Program-made: the position numbers and the translations under genes
Notes under the pieces: model-generated
Databases searched by the model: none
What the model was told of the DNA's origin: nothing
What the model saw: the letters and a program-made list of their open reading frames with translations, nothing else
Shown here: positions 44,777 to 54,240 of the stretch, one piece after another
How the letters are laid out: each line of letters opens with the position of its first letter
How positions within the stretch are numbered: the first letter of the stretch is position 1
Virus record (IMG/VR): IMGVR_UViG_3300032007_004072
Coordinates: 10,223-74,222 of that record
Source of the DNA: a virus
Taxonomy: Duplodnaviria > Heunggongvirae > Uroviricota > Caudoviricetes
DNA length: 64,000 nt
Strand: one strand, 5' to 3'

Positions 44777-45002
44777 GTATCGTTATAAAATTGAAGACAT
44801 TGAACGTGAAGAATATGAAGAAATAGATGAAATAGCTATTAATGTATTAAAACAACTCCCCATTTATACAGAAATTACACATAATGGGGAATATGCTAAA
44901 TTCATTGAAGTAGTTCCTTCAAAGCAAGTTTTCAGAATTTTTAAGAGAGATAAGGTAATAGAATTAGGCTTAGAAGAGGTTTTAAACCTAGCTCTTTGGT
45001 AA
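44727..45002 (+). CDS. small hypothetical protein (~91 aa); start trimmed to ATG 44727 after GGAGGATTACT; overlaps upstream gene by 50 nt
   Basis: Strong RBS-ATG; ORF from track. Confidence 0.45.
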   Translation: MNVLEEAKNKMAQVMTKYRYKIEDIEREEYEEIDEIAINVLKQLPIYTEITHNGEYAKFIEVVPSKQVFRIFKRDKVIELGLEEVLNLALW

Positions 45003-45009
45003 AAGGTAA

Positions 45010-46035
45010 ATGCCTATGTTATTCATAGGAAAAGATAATATACCAGTAATGGCTAGTGTCCAAGACATAATGCTATTACTGCAAAAAACATTACATAGAG
45101 AAAATATTAATCTTTTAAAAGACCTGTGGATGCCAAAATCACCAGGACAAGATATAGTATTTACTTGTCCTTTTCATAAGAATGGTAATGAAAATAGACC
45201 ATCAGCAGGTATAATGACAAGAGCAGATAGAGATACTGGCAAAGTATATTTTAATTGTTTTACTTGTCATGAGAAAGGCACACTAGAAACATTAGTATCA
45301 AGATGTTTTGGATATTATGGTGAAAATTTTGGTGCTCAATGGATACTTAAACATTTTGGCACTATAGAAGTAGAAAATAGAGAAGGGTTAATATATATTC
45401 CTTCACGAGAAAAGCCAAAACCAAAAAAGATAGAATATGTAAGTGAAGAAGAATTGGATAGTTATAGATATACATGCACTTACATGTATGATAGGTATCT
45501 TAATGATGAAATGATTGACTTGTATGATATAGGATATCAAAAAGATTTTTATGGACAAGAAGCTATAACTTTTCCTGTTTTAGATATACAAGGAAGATGC
45601 TTATTTGTGGCAAGAAGATGTATACATAAAAAATATTATTGGTATCCCCCTAATTCAGATAAGCCTTTATATGGTATATGGGAAGCAAGAAAGTTATTTC
45701 CTAATTCAAAAGTATGCTATATCGTAGAGTCAATGTTGAATGCTATTACATTAGTTAAAAATGGATTTTGTGCTATTGCCATGCTTGGTACAGGAACTAA
45801 TACTCAGATAGAAGAAATTAAAAAACTAGGTTACAGGAGATACATAATTGCTACTGATCCTGACCAGGCTGGTTATAGGTCAAGAGATAAACTAATAGAA
45901 GCATTAAAATCAGTAGCATTCCTAGAATATTTAGATTTACCTCAAGGATGTGATGTTAATGACTTAGGTAAATATGATAAGGAAACATTTGTTAAGCTTA
46001 TTGATATGTATACGAAACATTTATATTCAAGATAA
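45010..46035 (+). CDS. DnaG-type DNA primase (341 aa): CHC2 Zn finger + TOPRIM domain
   Basis: CPFHKNGNENRPSAGI...CFTCHEKG; TOPRIM YIVESMLNAITL...IIATDPDQAG. Confidence 0.85.
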   Translation: MPMLFIGKDNIPVMASVQDIMLLLQKTLHRENINLLKDLWMPKSPGQDIVFTCPFHKNGNENRPSAGIMTRADRDTGKVYFNCFTCHEKGTLETLVSRCFGYYGENFGAQWILKHFGTIEVENREGLIYIPSREKPKPKKIEYVSEEELDSYRYTCTYMYDRYLNDEMIDLYDIGYQKDFYGQEAITFPVLDIQGRCLFVARRCIHKKYYWYPPNSDKPLYGIWEARKLFPNSKVCYIVESMLNAITLVKNGFCAIAMLGTGTNTQIEEIKKLGYRRYIIATDPDQAGYRSRDKLIEALKSVAFLEYLDLPQGCDVNDLGKYDKETFVKLIDMYTKHLYSR

Positions 46036-46067
46036 GTACGGTTGGATACTGTACAAAGGAGGGACAC

Positions 46068-47261
46068 TTGAGTGAATTAATGGAAGATGGTTATCCAGAA
46101 GACCTCACAGGATTAAAATTTGGGAAACTTGAAGTGATGTATAAGTGCGAGTTACCAAAAAGAAACTCTTATCATTGTAAATGTGAATGTGGTAATGAGC
46201 GTGATTTTAGTAGGGCTGAACTTATTGGTGGCCACAATAAAAGTTGTGGCAATTGTATTCATGATTTTACTGTGCATGGTGATTCTGGAACAAGAATATA
46301 TTCGTCCTATAGACATATGCTAGACAGATGCTATAATCCCAATAATACAGAATACCATAATTATGGTGGTCGAGGGATAATAGTATGTGATAGGTGGAGA
46401 GAATGTTATAGTAACTTTAAAGAAGATATGTATGAAGAATTTAAGATTCATGCGTCAATACATGGAGAAAATGATACTACTTTAGATAGAAGAGATCCAG
46501 ATGGGAATTATTGCCCAGAAAATTGTAGGTGGCTTACCATTGCTGAGCAACAACGTAATAAGAGAACAACTAAATTTATTACTTTAAATGGATTTACAGG
46601 CACATTAAGTGAACATGCTTCGAGAGGAAATATTAAGGAATCTACAGTTAGAAATAGAGTTTATACTGGTATGAATTTAGAAGATGCTCTAACTTTTCCA
46701 GTACAAGAGCAAATAAATTATTTTTATAAGGGAATTCCTTTGACAAAGTATTGCCATGACAATGGTATTGACTATAAATTAGTGTCTAGGCGTATTTATC
46801 TTGGTTGGGATATTGAGTCTGCTGTCGAAGCTCCAATAGGTATTACATACAAAGAATGGACAGGAGAAAAGCATAGTATTATTGGATTACATACTCTATA
46901 TAAAGGAGTTCGTATATTTAAGTATTGTAAAGACAATAATATTTGTTATGACATGGTTAAACGAAGAATCTATAGTGGTTGGGATGTTAATTCTGCTATT
47001 GAAGCTCCTGTTGGAGTTAGTTATAATGATTGGTTGTGTATGACTGGAAGAGTTAGTGAGGTTAAATCAAAATATTGGTATGACGGATACCCCTTAGCAT
47101 ATTATTGTAAGATAAATAATATATCTTATAAACTTGTAGAGAATAGACTTTACGTAGGTTGGGATATAGAGGACGCAATAAACGCCCCAAAAGGGACACA
47201 ATACAAAACTTGGTTAAAAATGAAAGAAAATAATAAAAATCCCCTTGACAATAATGAATAA
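46068..47261 (+). CDS. HNH_3-like homing-endonuclease-family protein (397 aa) with Zn-ribbon module, core, and 5 C-terminal ~35-aa HTH-like repeats
   Basis: TRIYSSYRHMLDRCYNPNNTEYHNYGGRGIIVCDRW...TLDRRDPDGNYCPENCRWLTIAEQQRNKR; repeats YCxDNxIxYxxVxRRIYxGWDxxSAxEAPxG. Confidence 0.7.
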   Translation: MSELMEDGYPEDLTGLKFGKLEVMYKCELPKRNSYHCKCECGNERDFSRAELIGGHNKSCGNCIHDFTVHGDSGTRIYSSYRHMLDRCYNPNNTEYHNYGGRGIIVCDRWRECYSNFKEDMYEEFKIHASIHGENDTTLDRRDPDGNYCPENCRWLTIAEQQRNKRTTKFITLNGFTGTLSEHASRGNIKESTVRNRVYTGMNLEDALTFPVQEQINYFYKGIPLTKYCHDNGIDYKLVSRRIYLGWDIESAVEAPIGITYKEWTGEKHSIIGLHTLYKGVRIFKYCKDNNICYDMVKRRIYSGWDVNSAIEAPVGVSYNDWLCMTGRVSEVKSKYWYDGYPLAYYCKINNISYKLVENRLYVGWDIEDAINAPKGTQYKTWLKMKENNKNPLDNNE

Positions 47262-47338
47262 GTATGCTATAATAATTTATGTAAATAATAATTGTCGAAG
47301 TAATTAAAACATTTAGTACAAAAGTGAGGTAATGAAGA

Positions 47339-48079
47339 ATGCGTGTAAGTTTACAAGATGCAGTAAAAAGAGTTGGGCAGAAAGAAGCTAGAGCTAATGG
47401 GCAGGGTACTGAATTTAAAAATGTTCCTTTCTTTAAGCTAGAAGACAAACAGACAGCCACGATTAAATTTTTGTTTGATGATCCCTCGGCTATCCCCGTG
47501 GTTCGCACCCACATGATTCAGATGTATAGTAAAAAGGGGACTCCTTATTATACAGAGGTTTCCTGTATTGCAGATAGTGATAGTTGTCCATTCTGTGAAG
47601 CAAAAAAAGCTGATATTAACAATGAAGATAATACTCTCTCATTCGCTCATGATAGAATGGTTTTGCCTCTGGTTGTTCTTGAACGGGGAGGTAAAAAAGA
47701 GTTATCTTATGAGTTATTTATTCGTCCAATTAGCTTTTATACTGGTGTAATTTCTCCTTATTCCGCTAGATTCTCCTTGATTGACCCTATTGAGATTACT
47801 CGTAATGGGACTAAAGCTAATACAACATATTCCATGTTCCCAGCAATGAATGCAGATGAATTTAAGATGGATAAAACGCTTGAAGAACTTAAAGCAGATT
47901 TGAATTTTGACGAGACAGATGTAATCGGCAGATATGATTCTCTCATTAAAACTTGGACAGCAGAGCAAATGGACTTCTATCTTAATACTAAGCAGAATCC
48001 AACAAAAGCTAATATGTTAGCAAAGAAAGAAGAAGCTCCACAGCAGGTAACTCGTAGAAGTAATCATCATGGTTTCTAA
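47339..48079 (+). CDS. hypothetical protein (246 aa); speculative gp32-like Zn-binding ssDNA-binding protein
   Basis: H-x17-C-x6-C-x2-C cluster (THMIQ...EVSCIADSDSCPFC); position between primase and DNA polymerase; acidic C-terminus. Functional call is weak. Confidence 0.6.
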   Translation: MRVSLQDAVKRVGQKEARANGQGTEFKNVPFFKLEDKQTATIKFLFDDPSAIPVVRTHMIQMYSKKGTPYYTEVSCIADSDSCPFCEAKKADINNEDNTLSFAHDRMVLPLVVLERGGKKELSYELFIRPISFYTGVISPYSARFSLIDPIEITRNGTKANTTYSMFPAMNADEFKMDKTLEELKADLNFDETDVIGRYDSLIKTWTAEQMDFYLNTKQNPTKANMLAKKEEAPQQVTRRSNHHGF

Positions 48080-48090
48080 ATAGAGAAAAT

Positions 48091-48125
48091 AGGCTTGCCC
48101 TTTATGGGCAGGCTTATTTTTTTTC
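48091..48125 (+). terminator. intrinsic terminator AGGCTTGCCC-tttat-GGGCAGGCTT + T8
   Basis: 10-bp stem (2 G-U) followed by ATTTTTTTTC. Confidence 0.7.
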
Positions 48126-48154
48126 TTGACAAAGGCTTAAAAATATGTTATACT
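48126..48154 (+). promoter_or_regulatory. sigma-A-like promoter: TTGACA, 17 nt, TATACT (TGt extended -10)
   Basis: cTTGACAaaggcttaaaaatatgtTATACT. Confidence 0.6.
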
Positions 48155-48164
48155 TATTATGTAA

Positions 48165-48473
48165 ATGAGGGGAGGAAGAAAATTGAGTAAAAGACTACAG
48201 GAAACCGAAATGTCACTTAAAGTAACTACTTTTAATGATGAGAGTTATGATGTGGAATGGCATCTAAATGGTTTAGATCCTATGGCATTATTAGAAGGTG
48301 TAGCAGATCTTATCATTGATTCTAGAAAAGAAGATATAGATGCTTTAGAAGTATCTATGCTTGCATCTTATTTTGCAGATATTCTATTGGGAGAGTTTGT
48401 TGCTTTAAGTGTAGAAGAAGAAAAGCCAAAGAAAAAACATAAAGGAAACAAAAATTTAAAGCGGGTGAAATGA
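48165..48473 (+). CDS. hypothetical protein (102 aa)
   Basis: GAGGGGAGGAAGA RBS; first gene after promoter. Confidence 0.5.
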   Translation: MRGGRKLSKRLQETEMSLKVTTFNDESYDVEWHLNGLDPMALLEGVADLIIDSRKEDIDALEVSMLASYFADILLGEFVALSVEEEKPKKKHKGNKNLKRVK

Positions 48474-48640
48474 TGAAACAGAGTGAAATTACACAACTTT
48501 ATGTATTACTTAATAAATTTAGAGATGAGTATGTACACACTAAACATGCAAAAGTAATAGAAGCCTTTGACATTGTAGATGATGTTATTGACCATAGGTT
48601 ATCAAATTTAGTAGAAGAAGGGACAATTAATCTTATATGA
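48470..48640 (+). CDS. small hypothetical protein (56 aa); not in ORF track
   Basis: ATGA overlaps with both neighbours; MMKQSEITQLYVLLNKFRDEYVHTKHAKVIEAFDIVDDVIDHRLSNLVEEGTINLI. Confidence 0.4.
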   Translation: MMKQSEITQLYVLLNKFRDEYVHTKHAKVIEAFDIVDDVIDHRLSNLVEEGTINLI

Positions 48641-48870
48641 ACCGTAAAGAACTTATTAAAGAATGTAGAAGAATTAAAGAGCTTCCAGAAGAAGAAATCA
48701 GAAAAATTAGCAGACAAAAGAATAGTGTAGGTTGTGCTACTGAAGTAGCACTGTTTGCACAAAAGCTTTTATGTGAACGAGCAGGAAATTGTTTTTGCAG
48801 AGTGCATAATCCTGGCAATATTCATAGAGATAATGGATCAATAGGGCAATTAAGGGGGAAGGTATTGTGA
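48637..48870 (+). CDS. small hypothetical protein (77 aa)
   Basis: Translationally coupled ORF. Confidence 0.45.
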   Translation: MNRKELIKECRRIKELPEEEIRKISRQKNSVGCATEVALFAQKLLCERAGNCFCRVHNPGNIHRDNGSIGQLRGKVL

Positions 48871-49187
48871 CTGATAAAGAGTTTATAACAAGGTATGATA
48901 ATGGAGAAAAGTTTACAGAAGAAGAACTTAGCGAACTTTTATATGATTTTTATACTGTGGATGAAGATAGAGATCCAGATGTTTACAAATGTCATCAAAG
49001 TGTAACTACCATTTTTAAGGTAGATGATAGACTTTTTGCATTGTGTTGGATAGAAGATCACGGTATGTTTCAAGAACATGAATTCTATGATCAGCCTTAT
49101 GAAGTTAAAGAAGAAAAAGAAATTGTTGAAATTACTAAATACGTGGAAGTAGGCGGTAAGAATGGCAAGGAAGAAGAAATGGCATAA
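48867..49187 (+). CDS. hypothetical protein (106 aa)
   Basis: Coupled ORF. Confidence 0.5.
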   Translation: MTDKEFITRYDNGEKFTEEELSELLYDFYTVDEDRDPDVYKCHQSVTTIFKVDDRLFALCWIEDHGMFQEHEFYDQPYEVKEEKEIVEITKYVEVGGKNGKEEEMA

Positions 49188-49533
49188 TGATAAGATAGTT
49201 TGGACAGCCAAAGCAGTAAGAAGTCCATCATTATCTTCTGATTATGAAGATAGATTCGTTCTTGTAGATAAAGAAACAGGAGAAATTGTAGATGACGCTC
49301 AAGGCTATGGTTTCACTACAGAACGAAAAGCATATGCATGTTTTGCTTATCACTATTATAAAGATAATGAAATCATTAAATGGGCAGAATGTCATACAGG
49401 AATTGTAGCTAAAGTAAAGGCATTAGATAAGATTAATGCTAAAACTGTAAAACAAATTTTCAAAGATACAAATACTAAGGTTAATTTTGGAGTAAAGGAA
49501 TTCTTAAGGGTATACCACAAATGTCTCAAATAA
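49162..49533 (+). CDS. hypothetical protein (123 aa)
   Basis: ORF from track. Confidence 0.5.
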   Translation: MARKKKWHNDKIVWTAKAVRSPSLSSDYEDRFVLVDKETGEIVDDAQGYGFTTERKAYACFAYHYYKDNEIIKWAECHTGIVAKVKALDKINAKTVKQIFKDTNTKVNFGVKEFLRVYHKCLK

Positions 49534-49652
49534 TTTTTGTAATCATTGTACTAGCTGTATTTGGTATTATTGTGATTGTTACTAATTGTAACGAGCACAA
49601 AAGAGTAAGAAAGGTAGAAAAAATAGAAAGAAGGTTTACACATTGGAGATAG
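49521..49652 (+). CDS. small TM peptide (43 aa); not in ORF track
   Basis: MSQIIFVIIVLAVFGIIVIVTNCNEHKRVRKVEKIERRFTHWR; overlaps previous stop. Confidence 0.3.
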   Translation: MSQIIFVIIVLAVFGIIVIVTNCNEHKRVRKVEKIERRFTHWR

Positions 49653-49805
49653 AAGACGCAATTATTAAACTTCATGGATTAGGCTATGATATATTAATTA
49701 GACATGATACAGATTCTTTAGGTCACATTCATGTTATTAAAGAAAATTGTACTAGAGTATTATATTCTTTTGATGAACTTATAGAGTTTGCGGAGGGATT
49801 AGAAG

Positions 49806-50450
49806 ATGTGGTATAAATTTTCAGAAAATAAACCTAAAGTTGGTGATGATGTAATTATGTATTCAAGTATGACTGATAGTATAGCTTCAGGTATTTATAA
49901 TGATAAGATGTGTAATCAATCTGTTTTTGATTATTGGTCATTAACTCCTGGTAAGGATGTATTAGTCCCTAAATGTTTACAGCCAACACCAGCTGATTAT
50001 CCTAGATCAACTTGGTATAGTTATAAAGAAGAGAAGCCAGAAGATGGAGCATATATTATAATTAGGCTTGATGATGGTAGGTATGGAGAAGGAAAGTTTA
50101 ATAAAGAAAATAATAAGGTATTTCTCTTTAATACATGTCATTATTGGGAATTATCAACCTGTTTTTGGAGCTATTTGCCTAAAGAGTTTATAGAAGAAGG
50201 AAAAGGAGAAATCCATATTTGGTTAGACTATAGTGGGTGTTGTATGCCTAAAGCATGTTATAGTACATATACATCTACTAAAGATGCTATTAAAAATAAA
50301 GAAAAATATATTAATATTACGCAAACAAAGTTGTGTGTAGATGATTTGATTGAACAAAACTATAGGGTATTTGTACATGCTGGTAATAAAAAGAAGGAAA
50401 TTACTAGTGACTTTCAGATAAATATGCTTATAGAAGAATGGGATATTTAA
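49806..50450 (+). CDS. hypothetical protein (214 aa) with two internal W..F.E.KP..GD.VI repeats (DUF551-like)
   Basis: MWYKFSENKPKVGDDVIMY / WYSYKEEKPEDGAYIIIRL. Confidence 0.55.
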   Translation: MWYKFSENKPKVGDDVIMYSSMTDSIASGIYNDKMCNQSVFDYWSLTPGKDVLVPKCLQPTPADYPRSTWYSYKEEKPEDGAYIIIRLDDGRYGEGKFNKENNKVFLFNTCHYWELSTCFWSYLPKEFIEEGKGEIHIWLDYSGCCMPKACYSTYTSTKDAIKNKEKYINITQTKLCVDDLIEQNYRVFVHAGNKKKEITSDFQINMLIEEWDI

Positions 50451-50452
50451 AG

Positions 50453-50476
50453 TAAGGCAAGTCCTTGCTTTTTTGT
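50453..50476 (+). terminator. probable intrinsic terminator AAGGCAAG-tc-CTTGCTT + T6
   Basis: GC-containing stem then TTTTTTGTT. Confidence 0.5.
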
Positions 50477-50489
50477 TAGGGGAATCATA

Positions 50490-50678
50490 ATGTATTATTT
50501 TGTTTATGCTTTTTCTTATAAGAATGGAATTGGATATGGTAGTTCTGTATTTGATATTGAAGGAAAAATTACACCTACAGTTTTAGATGAAGTACGAGAA
50601 TATTTGTATGAGCATGATAAAGAAGTTTTTACCGCTGAACCAATAATTATAAACTGGAAGAGGTTGGAGGAAGAATAA
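50490..50678 (+). CDS. small hypothetical protein (62 aa)
   Basis: GGGGAATCATA-ATG. Confidence 0.45.
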   Translation: MYYFVYAFSYKNGIGYGSSVFDIEGKITPTVLDEVREYLYEHDKEVFTAEPIIINWKRLEEE

Positions 50679-50893
50679 TGCGTATAACCTTAGAAGAAGC
50701 ATTAAAGCCAACACAAAAACAGTTAGATATAATATATGATATTGAAAGATATTGTGGTGGTGTATTTAATGGTAAGACCAAACAAGAAGCTACTAAATTT
50801 ATTTCAACATATAAGAAAGATTTAGAATTTGAATATGAGTTAGAAGCAATAGTTTGGGAATCTAAACATGATGATTGGGGATGTAGAGATTGA
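50678..50893 (+). CDS. small hypothetical protein (71 aa)
   Basis: ATGA-coupled ORF. Confidence 0.45.
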   Translation: MRITLEEALKPTQKQLDIIYDIERYCGGVFNGKTKQEATKFISTYKKDLEFEYELEAIVWESKHDDWGCRD

Positions 50894-51030
50894 AATATAG
50901 AATTAGTAATATTCCAATGCTGATTTGTCCTAATTGTGGAAGTCGTGATTTTATATTTAAAGAAGGAACAACAAAAATATATATAATCTGTATTTGTAAA
51001 TTATGTGGTAAAAAATTATATGTAATATGA
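50890..51030 (+). CDS. small Zn-ribbon protein (46 aa; CPNCGS...CKLCG); TTG start; not in ORF track
   Basis: LKYRISNIPMLICPNCGSRDFIFKEGTTKIYIICICKLCGKKLYVI; overlaps upstream stop. Confidence 0.3.
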   Translation: MKYRISNIPMLICPNCGSRDFIFKEGTTKIYIICICKLCGKKLYVI

Positions 51031-51043
51031 GGAGTAAAGAATA

Positions 51044-53449
51044 ATGGCACTATTTAATATTCCTAAAAGAAATACATTAAGTACACAAGCAATACTTAAG
51101 AAAACACAAGAAATACAACAGCCAAAAATAAAATTAAAAAGTGGAACGCTAATAAATAAATTGGCTAGTATTGAGGCACAAGTTGAAACTTTACTTGGAG
51201 ATTATGAATATACATTATTAGATTCTGATGAGAAGTGGTTAGAATATTGCAGAAATGCAGTAAAAGATGAATATGTATATCTAGACAGTGAAACAGGGGG
51301 TTTGTCTATATCTGAAATGAAGCAACTTGCAGGTATTTGTATAATGTCACAAAATCAGCAAGAAGCTTATGCTCCTGTAGGACATATTAGTAATATAACA
51401 GAAACTATACTTCCACATCAAGTATCAAAAGAAGCCCTTAAAAAAGGCTTTAAGATAATGATAAATGGTGGGTGTAAATTTATATTTCATAATGCATATT
51501 TTGATCTTGTAGTTATATATTTAGCTACAGGATTATGGTTAGACGTTTATTGGGATACCCTTCTTGGAGCATATAATTTAAATGAAGAAGGTTCGCACAA
51601 TTTAAAATATTTGTGGGATACTTATGTAATGGAAGGGCAAGCAGGTGTAGTGAAATTTAACGATTTATTTGATGGTATTTCTATTTTACATATTAAACCT
51701 AAATATGCGGGTTTCTATAGTGCTCATGATAGTAAAATGACTAAAGACGTTTTTGAGTTTCAACTTCCATATTTAACAGAAAATCACATTTCATGTATTG
51801 ATTGTGACCTTCAAGGTAGTGCATGGTTATTTCATAATGTAGATTTACCACTCATACCAATTTTAGCTAAAATGCGTGTAGATGGTATAGAAGTAGACAA
51901 TAATATTGTAGAAAAATTAAGAGAAAAATACATTAAATTAAAAGAAGACGCTTTAGATAGTTTTAATAGTATTACTAAAGAAGTATTAGATAAACTGGGA
52001 GATCCTAAACAGTATAAATTAACTTTAACAGAATATGTTAAGGAAACTGCTAATGCTAAAAAATACTATGCAGATGAAAAGTATTGTGCTTCTATAAATC
52101 AAAGTTATAAGAATTATTGTAATATTGTAGATAGTATTTCATATCCTATAAATTATAATAGTCCCATACAGATTCAAGTATTATTCTATGATATGTTGAA
52201 GGTCGGTACAGTATTATCTAAATATCCAAGAAAAACTGACAGACATGTATTGGATACTATTATCGCGGAGGATAAGTATAAGGATACAGATGTCAGAAAA
52301 ATTACTGAAGCTTTAGTTGAAGTTAAGAAGTATGACAAACTTATTGGCACATTTATTGATAAGCTAGGTGCAGACGCATTAGCTAATGGCGGGAAAATTT
52401 TTGCTGAGTTCAATTCATACGGTACAAAAACAAGCCGTATGAGTAGTACTAATCCTAATTTGCAGCAGATACCCTCGAAGAATAAAGACATAAGAAATAT
52501 GTTTGTACCAGGAGAAGGAAGATTATTTGTATCGGCTGACTACAGCCAGCAGGAAATGATGTGTATGGCTAGTCTAGCAGATGACGCAAAAATGTTAGAA
52601 TCTTTTGATTTAGGCAGAGATATTTATTCGCATATTGCTAGTATAGCTTTTAATCTTCCATATGAAGATTGTTCAGAGTTTTATGCCGATGGAGTAACCA
52701 CTAACGAAGAAGGGAAAAATAGAAGAAAGAAAGCTAAAGCCATAGCACTAGGCATAGCTTATGGTAAAGGTGTGAAGGCAATATCTGAAGATATTCATGT
52801 AAATTTAGAAAAAGCTCAAGAAATTAAGGATAGTATTTTAAAAGCATTCCCAGATCTTGCTAATTATCTTCAAAATGTAGTTAAATATGGTGCTGAACAT
52901 GGTTATGTAAAAGATTTTTACGGTAGAAAACGTAGACTTCCTTTGCTTAAAGCACCAGATTATGAGTTTAAATTTCCAGAGGGAACTTCTCAAAATACTG
53001 TTAATTATTATAGCAATCTTTATAAAAGTAAACTTGATAGTGTTTGGAAAGATGATGATAAAGATACTCTTATTAGAGAAGCTAGAACACATGGAATTAT
53101 CATTGCTGATAATAGAAGTAAAAAAGCAAAGCAAACACGAGAAGCTTATAATGCACCTATTCAATCATCTGCTGCAGTATTAACTAAATTATGTTTATTA
53201 AATATTGCTAATAACGAATACCTGCAATCACATGGAGCAAAAGTTAAGCTTCTCATTCACGATGAAGTAGTTTTAAGTTGTCCAGAAGAATATGTTTATG
53301 AATGTGCCCAAGAATTAGAAAAGTGTGCTATAGGTGCAGGTAAAGGACTTAAAGCTAAGTTACGTTGTGATGTAGCTATTTCTTATTGTTGGGAAGGTCA
53401 AAAATATACTTTTGATGAAAATAAACAATTAGTTCCAATAAAAGAATAA
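51044..53449 (+). CDS. family-A DNA polymerase with 3'-5' proofreading exonuclease (801 aa)
   Basis: Exo I VYLDSETGGL, Exo II HNAYFDLVV, Exo III YSAHDSKMT; Pol motif A SADYSQQEMMCMA, motif B RRKKAKAIALGIAYGKG, motif C LLIHDEVVL. Confidence 0.9.
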   Translation: MALFNIPKRNTLSTQAILKKTQEIQQPKIKLKSGTLINKLASIEAQVETLLGDYEYTLLDSDEKWLEYCRNAVKDEYVYLDSETGGLSISEMKQLAGICIMSQNQQEAYAPVGHISNITETILPHQVSKEALKKGFKIMINGGCKFIFHNAYFDLVVIYLATGLWLDVYWDTLLGAYNLNEEGSHNLKYLWDTYVMEGQAGVVKFNDLFDGISILHIKPKYAGFYSAHDSKMTKDVFEFQLPYLTENHISCIDCDLQGSAWLFHNVDLPLIPILAKMRVDGIEVDNNIVEKLREKYIKLKEDALDSFNSITKEVLDKLGDPKQYKLTLTEYVKETANAKKYYADEKYCASINQSYKNYCNIVDSISYPINYNSPIQIQVLFYDMLKVGTVLSKYPRKTDRHVLDTIIAEDKYKDTDVRKITEALVEVKKYDKLIGTFIDKLGADALANGGKIFAEFNSYGTKTSRMSSTNPNLQQIPSKNKDIRNMFVPGEGRLFVSADYSQQEMMCMASLADDAKMLESFDLGRDIYSHIASIAFNLPYEDCSEFYADGVTTNEEGKNRRKKAKAIALGIAYGKGVKAISEDIHVNLEKAQEIKDSILKAFPDLANYLQNVVKYGAEHGYVKDFYGRKRRLPLLKAPDYEFKFPEGTSQNTVNYYSNLYKSKLDSVWKDDDKDTLIREARTHGIIIADNRSKKAKQTREAYNAPIQSSAAVLTKLCLLNIANNEYLQSHGAKVKLLIHDEVVLSCPEEYVYECAQELEKCAIGAGKGLKAKLRCDVAISYCWEGQKYTFDENKQLVPIKE

Positions 53450-53519
53450 CTAGGAGTTGTATCAACATATGTCAGAATTTAATAGAGAATCTGATGGGTT
53501 TTCAGCATCTTCTAAAGAC

Positions 53520-53548
53520 TTGACAAAATAGAGGAAGTGTGGTATAAT
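53520..53548 (+). promoter_or_regulatory. sigma-A-like promoter: TTGACA, 17 nt, TATAAT (TGg extended -10)
   Basis: cTTGACAaaatagaggaagtgtggTATAAT. Confidence 0.6.
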
Positions 53549-53574
53549 AGGGAAATACTAAGGGAAGTGATTGT

Positions 53575-53790
53575 TTGGAACTAGTATGTGGTTTTTGTAA
53601 CGGTACATTTAATGAAGAAGAAATGTATCAAGCAACAAAAAGATGGTATGAGAAGAATGATTTTGGTACGGAGGTAAAGAGCATTATGATTAGTAAAAAT
53701 GGAAATGTGAAAGTTCCTCATTTATATATTTGTCCTAAGTGTGGGCATTTAGTTAATAATGCTACTTTAAGTATGAAAGATGGAACCTAA
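53575..53790 (+). CDS. small Zn-ribbon protein (71 aa)
   Basis: CGFCNG ... CPKCGH. Confidence 0.45.
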   Translation: MELVCGFCNGTFNEEEMYQATKRWYEKNDFGTEVKSIMISKNGNVKVPHLYICPKCGHLVNNATLSMKDGT

Positions 53791-53974
53791 TCCATTAAAT
53801 AAACTTAAACTAAGCAAAGATCCTAGATATAATTCTGGTATATGTACAATATGTGGAGAACATTTAGATATGTTACTTCATTTACATAGTCAGTTACATG
53901 GATTTAAAGACGCTTATGACCAAATTAGACATGGTAAATATAAACTAGATTGGAAACTTAATACAAAGAGGTAA
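53780..53974 (+). CDS. small Zn-binding protein (64 aa)
   Basis: CTICGEH...H..H; ORF from track. Confidence 0.4.
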   Translation: MEPNPLNKLKLSKDPRYNSGICTICGEHLDMLLHLHSQLHGFKDAYDQIRHGKYKLDWKLNTKR

Positions 53975-53979
53975 AAAAT

Positions 53980-54240
53980 ATGGATAAATTTTTAGATAAA
54001 CTTAATGAAGAAGCAGAAAAATTAGCTAAAGAATACTTAACCGAAGATGATGTAGATAAAGCTGAAATTATTTTGGAGGAAGTTGACCTTAGACTTTCTA
54101 TTTTAGCTAATGCACAGGCACTTAAAACATCATCTATTACAGCAGATTTTACAAAACAAATGCAAGAGCAATCTAAGAATATTGATTTTAGTAAGATTGA
54201 TTTTAATGATTTAATGAAGAAGTTTGGTAATTTAAAATGA
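53980..54240 (+). CDS. small coiled-coil protein (86 aa)
   Basis: ORF from track. Confidence 0.45.
   Translation: MDKFLDKLNEEAEKLAKEYLTEDDVDKAEIILEEVDLRLSILANAQALKTSSITADFTKQMQEQSKNIDFSKIDFNDLMKKFGNLK

Noticed and set aside
47470-47510. GC-rich stretch ...CCCCGTGGTTCGCACCCACATG... resembling a tRNA T-arm (GTGG-TTCGCAC-CCAC)
   Set aside because: It lies inside the coding frame of ORF 47339..48079. No acceptor/anticodon/D-arm partners can be assembled around it. No other tRNA-like cloverleaf was found in the window.
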